A DNA stretch of 64,000 nt from Somniosus microcephalus (GCA_052327205.1 CM126228.1:25730001-25794000); one strand, 5' to 3'. Shown: positions 38,379 through 53,436, counted from the stretch's first letter. Made by a program: numbers and translations. Notes: a model not told the origin generated them from the sequence alone.

Positions 38379-38543
38379 GTTTAAATAATGAGGAATATCA
38401 AGTGGTTATTGGGAATGACACAACTCGTTACATTATTGATGATTTAGAGCCAGCCAGCAATTACACGTTTTATATTGTAGCGTACATGCCCATGGGAGCC
38501 AGTCGAATGTCGGAGCATGTTATTCAGTACACATTGGAAGACG
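38379..38543 (+). CDS. PRTG: Protogenin coding exon (exon 9 equivalent; FN3-1 second half)
   Basis: ccccag|GT...GACG|gtatga; 165 nt; [54 protein letters not shown]. Confidence 0.96.
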
Positions 38544-39486
38544 GTATGAAAAGCTATTCTGCGATAGTGCTTTTAGACATTGGCTTCTGTGTAATACAGA
38601 AAATGCATAATGTTAATAAATGGCTCACAAAAGTTCCTACTTGTGCAGCGCTTGCTTAAATTGTACCCATAGTTTATTTCTCCATTGGCGGAATTGATTT
38701 TTTTTTAAAATCAGGATTAGTTTCTTTTTACCACCTGTTCCTGAAATGTGCCTAAACACCTTTAATCATCATTTTGACCAATTCCTATTTTTTAGTATAA
38801 TTACAGCTTAATTTATGCAACATAAATCACTCCTGCTTGTAGTGCTTGAGAGTTGTGCAGATGGTGTTTACTTTCTTTATTTTATGTAAGTCACCAACTT
38901 TTGACTTGCATCTTCCATTTACTTTCAAGCGCCCCCCCCCCCCCCGGTTGATAAATCTGATGCGCAATATTCATTATTTATTTCCAACTGCGACCAGAAA
39001 AAAATGTAAATTATTTTCTTAGTTCCAAATCTGTTTTTTGTCAGATTTTCTGAAACCAGCTGTTAAATGCATACACCAGCTGTCCAGTGCTTGCACGACA
39101 AGTGAATATTGTTGGTTTCTGGTCCTGACTTAGTGTATCTCTTAGTCTAACCAATGTAATTGAAGTGTAAGCTTTTAAAACTCTCACCAGTTGGATTGTA
39201 TATGGTGATAACTTGAATTCAATAGATTAACTTCTTTATAAAAGATAACTTATGTACACACAAATGAAGAAACAATTTTAAGAAGTCACACATTAAACAG
39301 TATGCTATCCACAGCATTAGTTTGTTAAAATAAGTTTTTTTAACTTGCTATTCAGTAGTATTTACGCTTAATTTCTGTGTTTCCTATGTTCTTGTCATTA
39401 AATTTGGTGGTGTTGAAAAATAAAATCAGTTTTCTGCGGGTTTATTTTTAAATACCGTTTCTTTCTTCATTTCCCTCCTTCCCCAG

Positions 39487-39792
39487 TCCCTCTGAGAGCG
39501 CCAGAAATCAGCTTGACCAGTCGCAGCCCAACCAACATCCTGATCTCATGGCTCCCCATTCCGGCTAAGTTCAGGCGAGGACGTATTATCGCGTACCGTG
39601 TTAACTACCGCAAAAGCACAGAGAGCGCTGTCCACCTTGTGGAGCTGCCAGGGACCAAATCAGAACACCTGCTTGAAGATGTGGAGCCTGATAGCATTTA
39701 CTTTGTACGAATCTCTGCGGCAACCAGAGTGGGATGGGGAGAAACTTCAATATGGACATCCCACCGAACCCCGAAAACTACCAGTGTAAAAG
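39487..39792 (+). CDS. PRTG: Protogenin coding exon (exon 10 equivalent; FN3-2)
   Basis: ccccag|TC...AAAG|gtaatc; 306 nt; [43 protein letters not shown]...[13 protein letters not shown]. Confidence 0.96.
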
Positions 39793-40457
39793 GTAATCTA
39801 TTGTCTGTCTTTTTTAGAAAGAGAAGAAAAATGTTCAGCATCCCAACTTTTATTAACAAAGTGTAACAGTCAGAATAACCACAATCTTAGTAATCGGAGC
39901 GATTAAATATTGATCTTCCTGGAATTACAGAATAGGATCAGAAAAGATTGGTCATTGCCGGGGCGCTCTGCTGCCACCATGTAGGACCTGTTGTGGAGAT
40001 TGGTCACAGGGTCTGTTAGATGTGGAGCAATCATGCAAGTTTAAAATGTTCCTTTGCTGCCTACATCCAATGCAGTCAGCAGATAGTTGGACTTGATGAC
40101 TAAATTAGATTAAAATATGATTGTGGAGCATTGAGTGTATAGCTCCCTGAGTATATCAGATTTAATAGGCCAAGTATAAAGAAGCAAATCATCCAACCTA
40201 TGAATCTTAAGTTTTGCATTTGGGAAATTTAACTTTAGTCTTGCACAATTGTGTGTCTCTTCTTTGCAACCTCAGACTTCACAAAGCACTGATCCTCTTT
40301 CCATTCATTACTGTGTCAAACACCAACATTAATTGTATATACCATCTTCTTGTTAGATAAATACATCTAGGCTCCTTTTATTAGCAATGTGGAGAACAGT
40401 ATAATTTGCAATACTCTAGAATCCATTTAGTTTTGACCAGTACATAAAGACCTCTAA

Positions 40458-40858
40458 TGGCTCAGTCGGCGATGGTAACATGTAATTGAGCGATACGCAA
40501 CAGAAGGCTGCAGGTTCCAACAAGGTGTATGTTGAGTTAACTGGTCTCGACCAAGGTTCCAACAAGGGTGCTAAAACTGGCATTCGTACTCCTGGGCTAA
40601 GATGGGGAAAGGTCAGGATTCCTACTCCTGATTTCTAGCCAGTGACACCAGCTGGATTGTGTGCATGCATGTGGTGCGCGTGTTTAGAGAAGACGAGATC
40701 AGGCTTGGCTGTGATAACCCCCCCAAGGCAAATAGCCTAGCAACGCTTGCTCTCCAGTCTCAAACCATGAAGAGTGGCCACTTGGGTGAGGCTCCCTGTG
40801 GAAATATACCCCAGCAGAAGTCTGTGCCTTCAGGAGAGAAGGGAGAAAACGGAAATTA
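40458..40858 (+). mobile_element. Old tRNA-head SINE-like element (most complete copy in window)
   Basis: tggctcagtcgg head; internal motifs shared with 23160, 61840, 62230 copies. Confidence 0.55.
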
Positions 40859-43800
40859 GATTTTATTTTTAAAAATAAGCCAGTATCAAGCTTTGGCTTC
40901 TCTGAGGAATGATCTGTCTTGCTGTTTCAAAACCTAGTCCAAACAATAAGTTAGAACTAAATACACCCCTGGGAAGCTCTTTTGATGGCATTGTCATTCT
41001 AATTGTACTTCATATGTTTGCAAATACACTATAAAGTTTTTAGTGACACACGGAACTATTGCAGAATGCTGCAACTTGGGAATTAAATATGTCTGTTAGC
41101 TTTGGTACTTTCGGTCCATTTACATTTTCCTTAATGCAAATGGGTAAATAGATTCAAATTTGTTGGAAACTACATGGAGGTGGATTTATTGGAGCATGTA
41201 GATTTGAGAAGAGGAAAATCCTTTTATAATGTCCCATCCCAAACTCTGCACCTTCTGCAAGACAGTGATCAAGCTGGAGACCTGGACACATGGCTTTACA
41301 AATCCCCTGTGGCAAGCTGTTTGGTATCAGCCCAGTTTTTTCACTCTTGATAGAGAAGCATTCGATGGCATTTGTCTTTAGGTAAACTTCCAATTCCAAG
41401 TTAGAATAAAATGTTCATAATTACCTCCTTATGTGTGTGTGTGTGTACGTGAAATTAAGTTTTCCCATTCTAACTAACCCAGTCCCTACTTTCCTGAGAA
41501 CAGCTCATTGCATCCAGCTTGTATCAACGAGGAGGTGGCTGGTAGGACCTTACTTTCCTCCACAACCCATCAGTGCCATTGTGTGATCATTGGACAAAAG
41601 CAACTTCAGTTCTGTTGACTTACCATACCTTTATGCAGATAAGTGCTGTGCAATACTGAATGGCCTTACTGAGAACTAGGTGCACTTTAAACTGGATGAA
41701 GCAAGTTCAAATGACAGGGTGACCTGTGACTTGTACTAGGTCCTTCAAACTAGGGTTAGGAGTTAGATGCTTAACAATTTCAGCTGTGGGAGGCCTCAAT
41801 TTCATTTTTCTATGACTATTAACTTAATTTGCTGGGCTGTATGTAAAATATATAATTATTAGCATAAACATCCAAATATACCCCTGTCTGATACAATAGA
41901 GTAAAGGAGAATCAGGCCCTAAAAGGCCTTATCCTCATGTACTTGTAGCTAAAATAAAGCTCCATATGTAATTGTAAAGTTACATTTGTTATTGTGGCTT
42001 CCCTTCCCCTCCACCAACTTTCTCTCACCACTTAGTGTTGCCGGGGAGCGTTCCCTCTGGTCCCCGATGGCGGCTTCCTACCCAGCGCAGTCTGCTGGCC
42101 TCCTCGCCATTCCCTCCAGGTTCGGGCAGGAATGCTACCCCCTACACGGTAATGAGGCTCTGGGAGTTAAAATGGCCTGAGGCTCGCAACAGCATAGGCT
42201 TCCCGCCCCCACGCGGCCCGAGTTAAAATCGGAGCATTGAAGTTGGCTGTTCACAATGCAATCTTGCATACATAACTGGCACTGCAGTTATATGTTAACA
42301 CTTTATAATCTCTTTTTCCGTAGACTGAGTTGGCGTAGGAATTATCGATGCATTTTTAAATGGAATGTTGTGACCCACTGAACATTTTTTAATATACAAT
42401 AGATTATGTATTATTTCTCACGGCAATGTGCACAGGGTGCTGCATAAAAATATTGTAGATTTACAAGATGAGTCGTGTGATGTTCATTGATGACAACCAT
42501 GTCTCCTAAAGGGCAATGCTCTGAGAGCAATACAGCTAATGGACCCACTAGTACAATTTTTCATTTAAAAATGACACACATGGTGCAACTGTGGATTCCG
42601 GATTTCAGCAAAGGCTAGGTCTGCAGTGTACTTCTCACCCTCGATTGTGAAATGCGTGAGGTTGGAAGTAAATCGCTACAATAGCAAGCATTTGAGGTGG
42701 CTGATTTTAGTTCAGTGCAGTGCATTTTTATAAGTGAGATGCAAAATGATGCTGTTATGATTCCGAGGAGGAAAATGCAAACCTCCATCCTGAAGCAGAG
42801 CATATGGTGATCTGCCTGTTGTTCATAAGAGATTGTTGCAATAATCTTGTTAAGATGTTGCTGCTGTTACCCTCGTGACCTTTGCCCTTGTGCCAGTAAC
42901 ATCAGGACGGGCCCCAAATCAATGGATCATGAAGGCCTGCAATGGTCTGCTAGCCCCGATAGTAAAGATGAGCCTGTGCTTAGTAGGAACTGATTCTCCA
43001 ACTGTTAGGGGGGGGGGAATATCGTGTTTACCTTTTTGATTTTAGTAAATGGTATCCATCCAAGAATAATTCAGTTTGGGCACAAACAAAGAGATGGTGT
43101 GTTTATGTTTGCTGATGCATCCAAATAAACAGTCAAAGCGCCAGTATTTCATTCTGGTGCCTGCTATCTTAAACCATCAATCTTGGAGCTGTCAGGCTTG
43201 GAGCAGGACACATCCCTGTGGGGCTCCAGGCCTGTTGTTTTCATCAGATTAGGGGAGTAAGCAGCACGGTGGGCAGCATTCCTTCCCTTCAAAGAAGAAA
43301 AGCAAGACTTGAGAAAGCTCATCCTGAGTTCTGCTTACACGTGTGTTTTTTTGTCTTCCCTTCGTGCAGCCCTAGATTTCTTTTTCGGCAGCACCTTTCC
43401 CAAAACTCCTGTTTTTTTTTGTTGAGATTTTTCCCAGCACAAATCATGACCGGTTCAGAAACTAAGACCTTAAACCAGTGTTCTTTTTAAAAATAAAACC
43501 CCTCCAAAACATGCATGTATAAAAATATCCTGAGTGTTAGGTTGCCGATTTAAAATGTCTGTTTAAGGGGCCAGGCTTGGCTCTTGGGAATCCTCAGCCA
43601 GAAGCAAAATGGTGCCACTTGACTTCTTTGCAGAAGTAGCTTTATTAACTGAGATTTCAAGGCCCAATTTCAGTCGCAACTGAACTTAAATTTTCCAGAG
43701 GCTATGGAAGCAATTCCTGAATTTGACATCAATTTGTTTTTGGGCTTCTCTTTAGTTTTGTAAATCCCCTTAGATAAACTTTTATTTTCATGTGTGGGAG

Positions 43801-43988
43801 TAACGCTTTCTATATTGACAAAATAAGGTATTGTTGGTGACTTTTAGATCTACATGCAACATTCTGAGAACAAATGTAAATGCTATGACACATTTTGAGG
43901 ATGAGATTAATCAGGTTTTTTTTCACAAAGTTTGAGTTGTGAGTGTAGGCTGCTGTCATACTCCAGCAGTACCAGAGATAACCGAGTA

Positions 43989-44313
43989 CAGAAAACTTTG
44001 TGCTATCCGGCACCGACGGGACCGAGCTGTTGCCGTCCCATCAAAACTGCCGGACAAACCAGCGCTAATGTTGAAACATACGGCGCTTTGCAACAAACCC
44101 TGTTGCTTAGCAACAGCTTCTAAACAGTCGGCTGTACCTTGCAAGCGTCTCTGTAGCTTAGCAACAGCTTCAGCGAGACCTTGCAGAGCCTGACTGGTGG
44201 GGGGAAAAAAAGCAACGAAAAGAAAAAAAAAAACCTAACGAAACGGCTCCTGATTTTTGCCAGTGGATCGAGCATTCCAGACAGTTAACCTCCGGATAAA
44301 CCAAAGTTTCCTG
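43989..44313 (+). mobile_element. Tc1/mariner-type (Tigger/pogo-like) MITE
   Basis: TIR CAGAAAACTTTGTGCTATCCGG / CCGGATAAACCAAAGTTTCCTG, TA TSD. Confidence 0.88.
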
Positions 44314-44434
44314 TATGTGTGAAAGCAAGTAAAGAATCACGTTTTAACCTCCTTATGCAACTCAAGAAAATGTGTATTCTAATAGGAACATTTGAAAGGT
44401 CTTGAATAACATTTTCCATTTCCTATTTCCACAG

Positions 44435-44623
44435 TTCCCTTGGCCCCAGAGCTGCGCTTAGAGCCATTAAACTGCACAACCATTACAGTAAGGTGGAAGC
44501 AAGCGGAGGAGAACAGTGTGCACATCCAGGGATATAGACTCTTCTACAGGGAAGAAAGTCAGCAGGAAACTGGGCCAATTGGACTCGGCATGCAAGATTC
44601 CCATTATACCATCAGTGGACTGG
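44435..44623 (+). CDS. PRTG: Protogenin coding exon (exon 11 equivalent; FN3-3 first part)
   Basis: ccacag|TT...CTGG|gtatgt; 189 nt; [62 protein letters not shown]. Confidence 0.95.
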
Positions 44624-47177
44624 GTATGTAATGTTCAGATACTTCGTTTAGTCTTCATGTGCAGTCTCTACCTGTAGAAGTTTTAGCGTCAGTACTTTGG
44701 ACTCCCCAGATTTAGGTGGTTTTTTATTTTTCATTCTTTGCCAGGGGAAAAGTATAGATTTGTTTCAACATTTTTTTTAAAAAGGTACCCAAATCTGTTT
44801 GGAAATATTTGCTGTGCTTGTGTTTTATACTTAATAATGGTTGAAGGTTTCTCAATCTTCTCATCTCCACACCCCATTACCCTGTTTATGGTACCTTTTC
44901 CTTCATTGTATACTTATTCTAGGCTTCAGTTGTGCTGGAAATCCCCATGGGTAGGGGAGGGGGTGAAATTTTATTTTCCCTCTGGATCAGCTCCACATTG
45001 AAATTTATTAACACCAAACAAGTTGCTTGGCACAGGGTACTTATTAAAAGTTCTGAGAAAAAATCCTGGTATTATGTTCAGGGAAAGCTATTCAATGTTT
45101 ATAAATGGCAAACTTAAAAATTATTTTCAGCCAGTGGTCAGAAATAAAAACATTTTTTTTTACTGAAATGGCTAGCTTTCTCCTCGACTTCTAAGGAGCT
45201 GGAACTCCAGATGCAAGTCACATCTGTGTTCTGAAGGTATAAATAGCTTTAAAGAATTTACTCGGGTAGTCTGATGACTCCAGCTACTGTAACATTGTAA
45301 ATGGGTAGAAGCTCAAACTTTTGTGTGCCATACCTGCTTTTCGGAATAAGTGGAATTGGATTTGCTGATGTGTTTGAACAATACTTTTAATTTATCTCCC
45401 CCCCCCCCCCCCCCCTTCCTTGCCTCCACTAAAAGTGGGAGGATTTGAGTCAGGACATTATCTGTTCATTCTTCTGTCTGGGACAAGAATTTATCACTTC
45501 AGTAACTCCAAGTGTTCGCCCTTCATTTGAAAATACCACTGTTGAACATTTCTACCTTCCTGTTAATGCTCCGTAACGTCTCCCTTTTAAGCAACTTCGT
45601 GTTGCTGCAGAAATTACAAATGAAAATATATTTTTTAATTTAGCACTACGAAAATAGTGTGACGTAGAAAAGAGGTTTGTGTATTGTATAGTATCATTTA
45701 CATGTCAGCCCTTCCTGAAGAGGTTTTTTTTATATGTTGTGAATTATTTACACAACCTTCTCTGTCAACACAATCCTTTAGCACAGTTGTTCTGCATTTT
45801 TGCTTCCAGACCACCTGAAGTGATCTGGTTCTTGCAGTGCCACATAACTATTCCAAGCTTTTAACACATTGTGCTAAATCATAACTAAGGTCTGTGCCCA
45901 GCTTGTGCAGAGCCAGATCGCAGTATAGCTGCAAGTCCGTTTCTGTCCATCTGCAGTAAAACTTTTCACAAGCCGTTATAAATGACCCAATTTCCCCAAA
46001 CCCTTTTTTTATGGATTTGGAAGCTGAAGTGCAAAATCCGTATCCTAGACTTGGTGTAACGGAGATATACACTGGACCACTTTTAGTTTTGCTTTAAGCA
46101 TACTTAGTAATGGGTGTTAGGATACGATTTCAGGCTGTGTTCAATTCAGATCATAAGCTTTAGAAAAACTTTGTAGTTTTTTTTTCAGTGTATCCAAATG
46201 TAAGAGTTTTAAATACTTTTAGCATATTATTGGAACTGCTATTTTTATGACTTAAGCACATGTAGTCAGGACTCACAAGTGTGATCCTTCAGCAAAGAAA
46301 AGGAACAATAATACCTGAATGTTATTACATTTGCAATCCTTGGTCTGAATGATCTAGAAGTGTAAGTCATTGTGGAATTATTAAGTCTGACCTCAGTCAC
46401 TGTGTGGCTGTGGCCCTTGACTGTTGCTTGGTGATGAGCTTAGATTCACGTATCCCTGTCAAGGGCCTCAATCCCCGTGTGATGTGGGAACAACAGCACA
46501 TTCTTAACTACTAACTGGACAACTGACCATCTGTGGCCATTCCAGCCATAGCAGGTGGCTGGCAGCTGACCATTTAACCAGGCAAAAAACTGTCCAGGAC
46601 AATGGACGAAGAGAGTAGAACAAAACCTGACCATTGATTGGATTCTGTTCCTATTCCAGTGTCTTGTATGTTATTTATTCTTCCTGAAGTTGCTACTTTG
46701 GCTCTGCTTAAAAAAAAAAGACAAAATAGACTGATCGTAATATTACAAAACAAAATAAGTGTAACTTGGCATCGACACTCATTTCACACATTACACTTCC
46801 CTCTTGGTCCAATTCTTCCCCTAGTTAATGGTTAGGCATATTTAACTCAACATTAAATGGATTTAAAAAAGCACTTTCCATCTCTTTAAGCCCAAACCGT
46901 ATTCCTTTATACTGTAACATTAGAAATGACCTAACTTTAAAAAAATGGAAATTTAAAAGTTGCACTTTGAACTGGACTGGCCTCTATGCTTGTGCTTTGT
47001 AAAACATGTTTGGAGAATAAAGTCGCTAAATGTAATAATGACTCCACATTTGTCGTACAAAAATTATATATATAAACTTTTCTGTCAAAGCAAAAGATTA
47101 ATATAAAAACATAAAAATTAGATGGCAGTGTGACGCTAATGACCTGAATATAAAGGAATTCATAATTTTGCTCCACA

Positions 47178-47180
<3 letters not shown>

Positions 47181-47233
<53 letters not shown>
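47181..47233. repeat. (CT)n microsatellite
   Basis: Direct inspection. Confidence 0.9.
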
Positions 47234-47236
<3 letters not shown>

Positions 47237-49134
47237 GACACAGCTTCAAGAAAGAAAATGTTCATTTATATTCTACTTTTATCACTCGGACTAGTCACTG
47301 GAATTGGAAAGCATGTTGTAGAACCCAGGCACCTGTGTGTTTACTGTCTCTTTATTAAAAATTGTTTTTTGACCTTATTTTGGCATTTTATTCCGATAAA
47401 ACCAATTAATTGGGTTGGTTGGCTTAATCAGGATAAATGATGTTGAGGTTTAATTGAGTACCACCCTCTTGTTTTCAGTATGTAAGCTGGTTTATTATGC
47501 GCCACATCAGTTTGTTTCCTCAGTCTTGTCACGAAATTCCAGCTGGAGGTTAGACGGGAATGGTTTGCTTAAGGCACTTGTCCCAGTCGCTGCCTTTTGA
47601 CCTCCAGAACCCCAGGATTTTATCTCTTCCCTGTGAACCGAGATAAAGTTCTGTCTCTGCTGTGGCAGACTATGCTGACTTAGAAATTCAGCCCTGGCCC
47701 ACTTTATGAATGAAGTTTAATCAGTCAAGACTTGAAGCGATAATAAGAACATTGAGTGTTATACCTGTGAGTTTATTTGCAGGCTGGACTTATCAGTAAT
47801 GTGTTATAGACCTAGAGAATGTTCACCACAGTGGATTTACAACCAAATCAGAATGCATGAAGTTGCTGCATTCCTATTCAACGAGACACAGAAAATAGTG
47901 GAACTGTTTAAAATTAGCTAATGTATAAATCCGATCTGAAAATAGCTGTAAAGAGAAAATAAAAGGGAAAAAAGTTTTCAATTGGATAGTTTTTGAACTA
48001 CTTTGAAATTAGCTTTACCAATTTAAAAAAAAAGTTTTAAATATTTATTTTTAAATTGTTTCAAAAAAATTCCCACAGCAACACCTGCTGACAGGAAAAG
48101 GTACTACAGGATGCAAACTAGATAATGTGAAAAATAAGACCATTTTTAAAGTTTTTTTAAAATTAAAAATTCTGTATTACAGTTTTTCTTTAACATTTCA
48201 TCAGCATTGTATTATACACTAGGGAAGTGGAACACTTTATCATGGCATCCTAGTCGTTTAGACACTTTGATTTGTGGATCAGAGTTGCCTGTGGATTGTT
48301 AGATTACCCGCCCTGACCTGGAGAGGACTAATTCAGTAATGAGTACTGATCTATAAATAATCAGTGTTCCAGACTAAACACTACTCTTTAAGCACACATG
48401 CTTATGTAAGTTTGTGTCTTTATGCTTAGTGATAAAATTGCTTCATACAGGTAAATTGAATTTCAAAATGAGCCCAAATTCAAAGGGATGTGTTAAGGTT
48501 CAATGTAAACATTCTTAAGTACAGATTGTGGTCAATTCTAATCATTAAGATGCTTTACAAAAATTCTCAGTTATTGTGGAGTGATTTTGGATTTGTAGTA
48601 ACTGAGATTTTGTTTTCTTCTGCTAAAATTCTTACTGACTTGCATCAGTATTGGTCCCAAATTGACATGCCTGTGTAATGCAAAAAAAAAAAAAAAAATT
48701 GGACTCTCCCAAAAGCTCTGCAAGTTTATCAAAAGAGCAGCCATACATAAACCGGTAAAATATCGGCTTTGCTGAACTAGCTGTTCCCACCATGCGGTTG
48801 GCCTCAGTACCCCAAGTTAGGGAAGCGGAAAATAGGTTGGGATTCCCATTCCCGAGTGCTATCTCGCGACCTCTGCTTCGTGTGTGTGGACGATGGCCGA
48901 GGACAGAATGGGCTCGGTCGTGATTTCCCTTGAAGTTGAATATCCTGTCGACAGTCACTGTCAAAGCTCACAGAAATAATGATATAGCGGAAGGCACCCG
49001 TGCAACACTGTCCCAGAAGAGTGTTGATGTTGCTGTCAGCAACGGCATGTGTAGGATCTGTAACACAGCCCTCAGTACTTCACATGTTGGTGGTGGGAGA
49101 AGGAATCGGACCGTGAGTAGAAAATGGAAGAAAA

Positions 49135-49710
49135 GCTAGCAGACGTGACCAAAGGAGAGGTCAAAAAGGTAGGTTTTGAAGAGGTTGTTGAAGATGGACA
49201 TAGATGTAGCTAGATTGGAGGGGTTTAGGAAGATAATTCCGGAGTGCAGGATTGCAATGGCTGAAGACTCTGGAGGATGGGATGGGAAGGATGCACGACA
49301 GATTAGAATCAGAAGAGCAGAAATTGAGCTGGGATGTTGGGCTGGAGAAGATAGCAGAGATAACGGAGCAATTTGTAAATGAGAATAAGGATATTGGAAT
49401 CAATGCATGATAGAATGGGGAACCAGTGCATGTTGGTGAGGGTGGGGTGGTAGATGGGCCTAGGTATGGAATAAGTTATGGACAGTAGAGTTCTGGATGA
49501 GTTGGAAGTGTCTCTAGGATACAGCTTGGAAGACCAGTCAGGCGAGCATTGGAGAAACCAGACTGGAGGTGACAAAGGCATGAGGGTTTCGCTGGGTAGT
49601 GAGGTAGAAATGAATGCAAGTGATATTTTGGAGGTGGAAACAGGTGATCTGGGTGATGGACAAGAGGAAAGCAGCAAAGCAGGATTGAGATCTGTGGCAG
49701 TGTGAGTACA
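49135..49710 (-). mobile_element. Degenerate L2 LINE fragment
   Basis: Minus-strand PTLTNMHWFPILSCIDSNILILIYK resembles the L2 block at 32895. Confidence 0.7.
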
Positions 49711-52700
49711 CTGTTCAAACCGAATTATAGATTGGTCCTGTTGGAAATGTTGAGGTGGATTCTTGCTATGGGTTTGGGCATAGTCGGTTCTGTTTGTTTT
49801 GCATTTACATGTTGTTTGGACATAATACCTAAGGGCCCCCAACACTCGTGAAACTACCCCAGTGTGAGCCATTGCCTTTGGGGGATGGGGGAAGAGAGGA
49901 AGGGTACGGAGAGAAAATTTTAGAAAAGCACAACATAGTATTGAGAGTTATTATACTTTAGTAATTAGCCACTAGTTACAGGACACTAGATGTGGGTTCA
50001 TTTTTGTTTGTTGATGGTAGAGCGATATGTTTGGTTTTTGTATTTGTTTTCAGTGGGATATGATAACAGGAGCTGAGTACAAGCTGGGGTGGAGCTGGTG
50101 GGGTTTTTTTTGGGTGATTTCAGCCTATGCACTGGAGGCCTGCTTTAATGATGGTCTCCCAGGGTGCAATAAAATTATACTGGCCAGGGTGGGCCTGAAA
50201 GACAACACAAATTGGGCTAAGTACTATGAAAAGGGGAGGCAAATTGTTAGGAAATGGAGTCTTTTACTAGCTGTTTGTGTTTAAATAGTTGCTGCAAGTT
50301 AACAAGGTGTGAAAATGTAATAAAGTTAAGAACACCTGTATGGAGCGTGCCATTTTACAATGAGACACAACCCTTTCTGGTGACCTTCTGAAAGCGCAAT
50401 TTGAAAAGCAGCTCTGTTTTGAGGAGTGTGTTAGCTTCAAGATGTGCACCGGATTTTTGAATCATTTTAACAAAAAGCTGAAGATTTAATTGAGCATAAA
50501 CTGTAAATTTGTTCTTTTTTTAATCCAGCTGATTATCACTTGTAGAGACTTTTACATTTTGTAAAAACATGTCTAGTAGTCCCACTGAACAAATGGAGCT
50601 TCTTAAATAAAAGTGTAATGCTGCTTGTATTGAGCTAAACTAAGTTTTTGTTGCGTAAGCAGCATTAATTAATACCCTATATATGTGTCCCACCTGCAAT
50701 CATATATGTAATATCTCGATTATGTGTTGAGATATTAATATTCTGAGGGAAAGCTTACTTTTCATACAGGTCAAAATGTTAGATATTTTAAATTTTAATG
50801 CACGTGATGACTAGAGGAAGTTGTGATTAATTATATATTCTTAGCATATTTTGTTATGATCAACACTGCATGTGTTTTACTTAAACATACCATTTTGAAT
50901 CCAAAAGTCTTTAAATGTTACCTCACCTCTCAAACATAATCCAATACTTCATTATCTTGTACTTTCCGTTGCCTTCTGTCTTTGCTTTTGAAATTTGTGC
51001 TGTACCATAGCCCTATATTTCTCAGTGCTCAAGTTCTGGAAACTTTCCAAGAACATGGTATTCTATATATTGTATTTTGGGGGGGGGGGGAGGATTAAGA
51101 AAGTTACACACTTGGGGAAGGTAACGCACCCAAAGAAAAAACCTCAGTGTTTGGAAATACCTAAAATCACACCGACTAAAGGTGAGAAGATATTTTGACA
51201 AATGTGTTGGATGCCATAAATATTTAACACAAAAACTAACCACTTTTGAGCCAATTCACCTGCACAACAAAGTCTGTGAACTGTTGGTAGCTGAGTAGCA
51301 TTTGCTGGATTTCCAGCCGTGTGGTCCTGGTAGTCCCAAAGTTGCTTGTCACTTCATTACACCAGAGCATTTCGTGCAAGTAAAATACCCACCTCAAGGT
51401 TAGAAAAAAAAACTGTCCTGACCACAGAATGACACTGGTGGGCCCCAACTACCTCTCTTTCTAACTGAAGGAGACCGTGTAGAAATGAGAAGTCTGGGGA
51501 AAAAACCCCATTTATGAGCTGATGCATGATGTATATGTTGATGATTTTGAGAGATGCACAGGAAAGTCAATTGTCAATCATTAAGAAATCGGTTTTTGGT
51601 AGCCATGGGACTATTCTAGTAATGGGCTTCAAAGTCCAAATAGCCCTGTTTACCAAGTGAAGAGCTTTTGTTTTTCTTAATTGCTGAATAGACGTGTACT
51701 ATTCTGTTTTATAGACAAAGAGTGCTATGTTAGAGCTGAAGAGAAAGCCATTGAGGAATCTTCTCTCTGGGGAACACTAAATTTATAATGGAATGATAAG
51801 TCTTAAATGCAGTGGGTTATCACAGGACCATGAGCTAGAAGGTTGAGGCTAAAGAGGAACAGATAATGGCAAACATGATGTATTCTCGGCTGTGAGCTTA
51901 ATGATATCAGGGTTGGAATGTTGGTAGCTTTTTAAATTTGGATGTAATTCTCCTGTCATTTTACCTATTGCTGATAACTCTCTCAATGATTTATTACAGT
52001 TTAATCTTATTCAAGATGTCTGTCCAAAGCTTCAGTTAATTTTACTATGCAATTGGTTACGAAGGTCAAGTATGAATAAAGTAGCTGAATCACTGAAGCC
52101 ATTGTGCTGAGATTTGCCCGTGTACTTTATCTTCAAGAGAGTTGGGCACTGTCTGTAAACGGTTGTTGACACTAGATGACACGGTTTAGTTTGTTCTAGT
52201 TTCAGCTGCTAATGATTTTTCAGCCTGAACATACTACAAAAGGTAGGGAATGGTCTATTGAAAAGTAGGCAGAGGCTTTTCTATAGGTTTGAGAAAGCAT
52301 TATTGAATAAGAGCACTATTATTGCTGATTGGAATTCTTTATTAAGGGAGTTTGTCATGATTCATCCTGTGCATTATTGATCTCCTGATAATCAATAAAG
52401 TAGTATTCTCAACGTAGCTTTATTCCTTTGTTTTATTTATAGTCTTTTTTTTACATGAATTAAATTTAAATACCCAAAATCTTGCATAATTTTAAGCACT
52501 GCCACCAACATCGTTGAATAACTGAAGATGTAAGCCAGCTCTTGATATGGGCATTGAAATGTAATTCAAATTATCCTACTTTGCCCCCCCTGAGTAATTA
52601 ATGGTTTCAAAAGAATGAAAATTATGAATCAAAAAAATCTTTTACTTACTGAATTACGATATACTATTCAAATTATTTGTACATACAGCTCACATTAGAT

Positions 52701-52974
52701 ATCACTAAACTGTTAAAGGAAATTGAGGGAATAGATGCTGGTTTGACAATTTAAAAAAAATTGCCCATACTTGTGTCAATAATGTAGATAGGTTTTATTT
52801 TTAATTATTGGCCCTCTAAATTATTAATGACATTCTTCTGTTGGTTATATCTTTGGATTTAAATGTAAAATACTGAGTGTTCAGTGTTCAAAGAGAACTG
52901 GGACTATATGAAAATTATTTTGCTATCGTATATGAAAATTATGTTGTGTTTTGAAAGATGTAGAATGGCCAAGG

Positions 52975-53436
52975 TGTCATGGTAGCACTCTTCCTCTGAG
53001 TCAGAACATCGTAGGTTCAAGTCCCACTCTTGGGACTTGAGCACATAATCTAGGCTGACACTTACAGTGCAGTACTAAGGGAGTGCTGCACTGTTGGAGG
53101 TGCCATCTTTCAGAGGATCATTAAAGCGAGGCCCGGTCTGCCCCCTCAAATGGGCGTAAAAGATTCCTTGGCACTATTTCGAAGACGAGCAGGGGCGTTC
53201 CCCCGGCAATATTTATCCCTCAACCAGCATTTAAAAAAACAAAAAAACAATATCTGGTCATTACCTGATTGCTGTCTGTGGGGCCTTGCTGTTTGAAAAT
53301 TGACTGCCACGTTTCCTATATTACAACAGTGACTACACTTCAAAAGTACTGTACTTCATTGACTGTAAAGCGCTTTGGGATATACGGAGGTCATGAATGG
53401 CGCATTATAAATCTAAGTTCATTTTTTTTCTTCTTT
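52975..53436 (+). mobile_element. Deu-domain SINE (SacSINE1-like), near full length
   Basis: Colinear with 1869-2285, with tRNA-like head tggtagcactc..ggttcaagtccc. Confidence 0.85.

Noticed and set aside
52975-53030. tRNA gene
   Set aside because: A/B-box-like motifs belong to a SINE head; no cloverleaf
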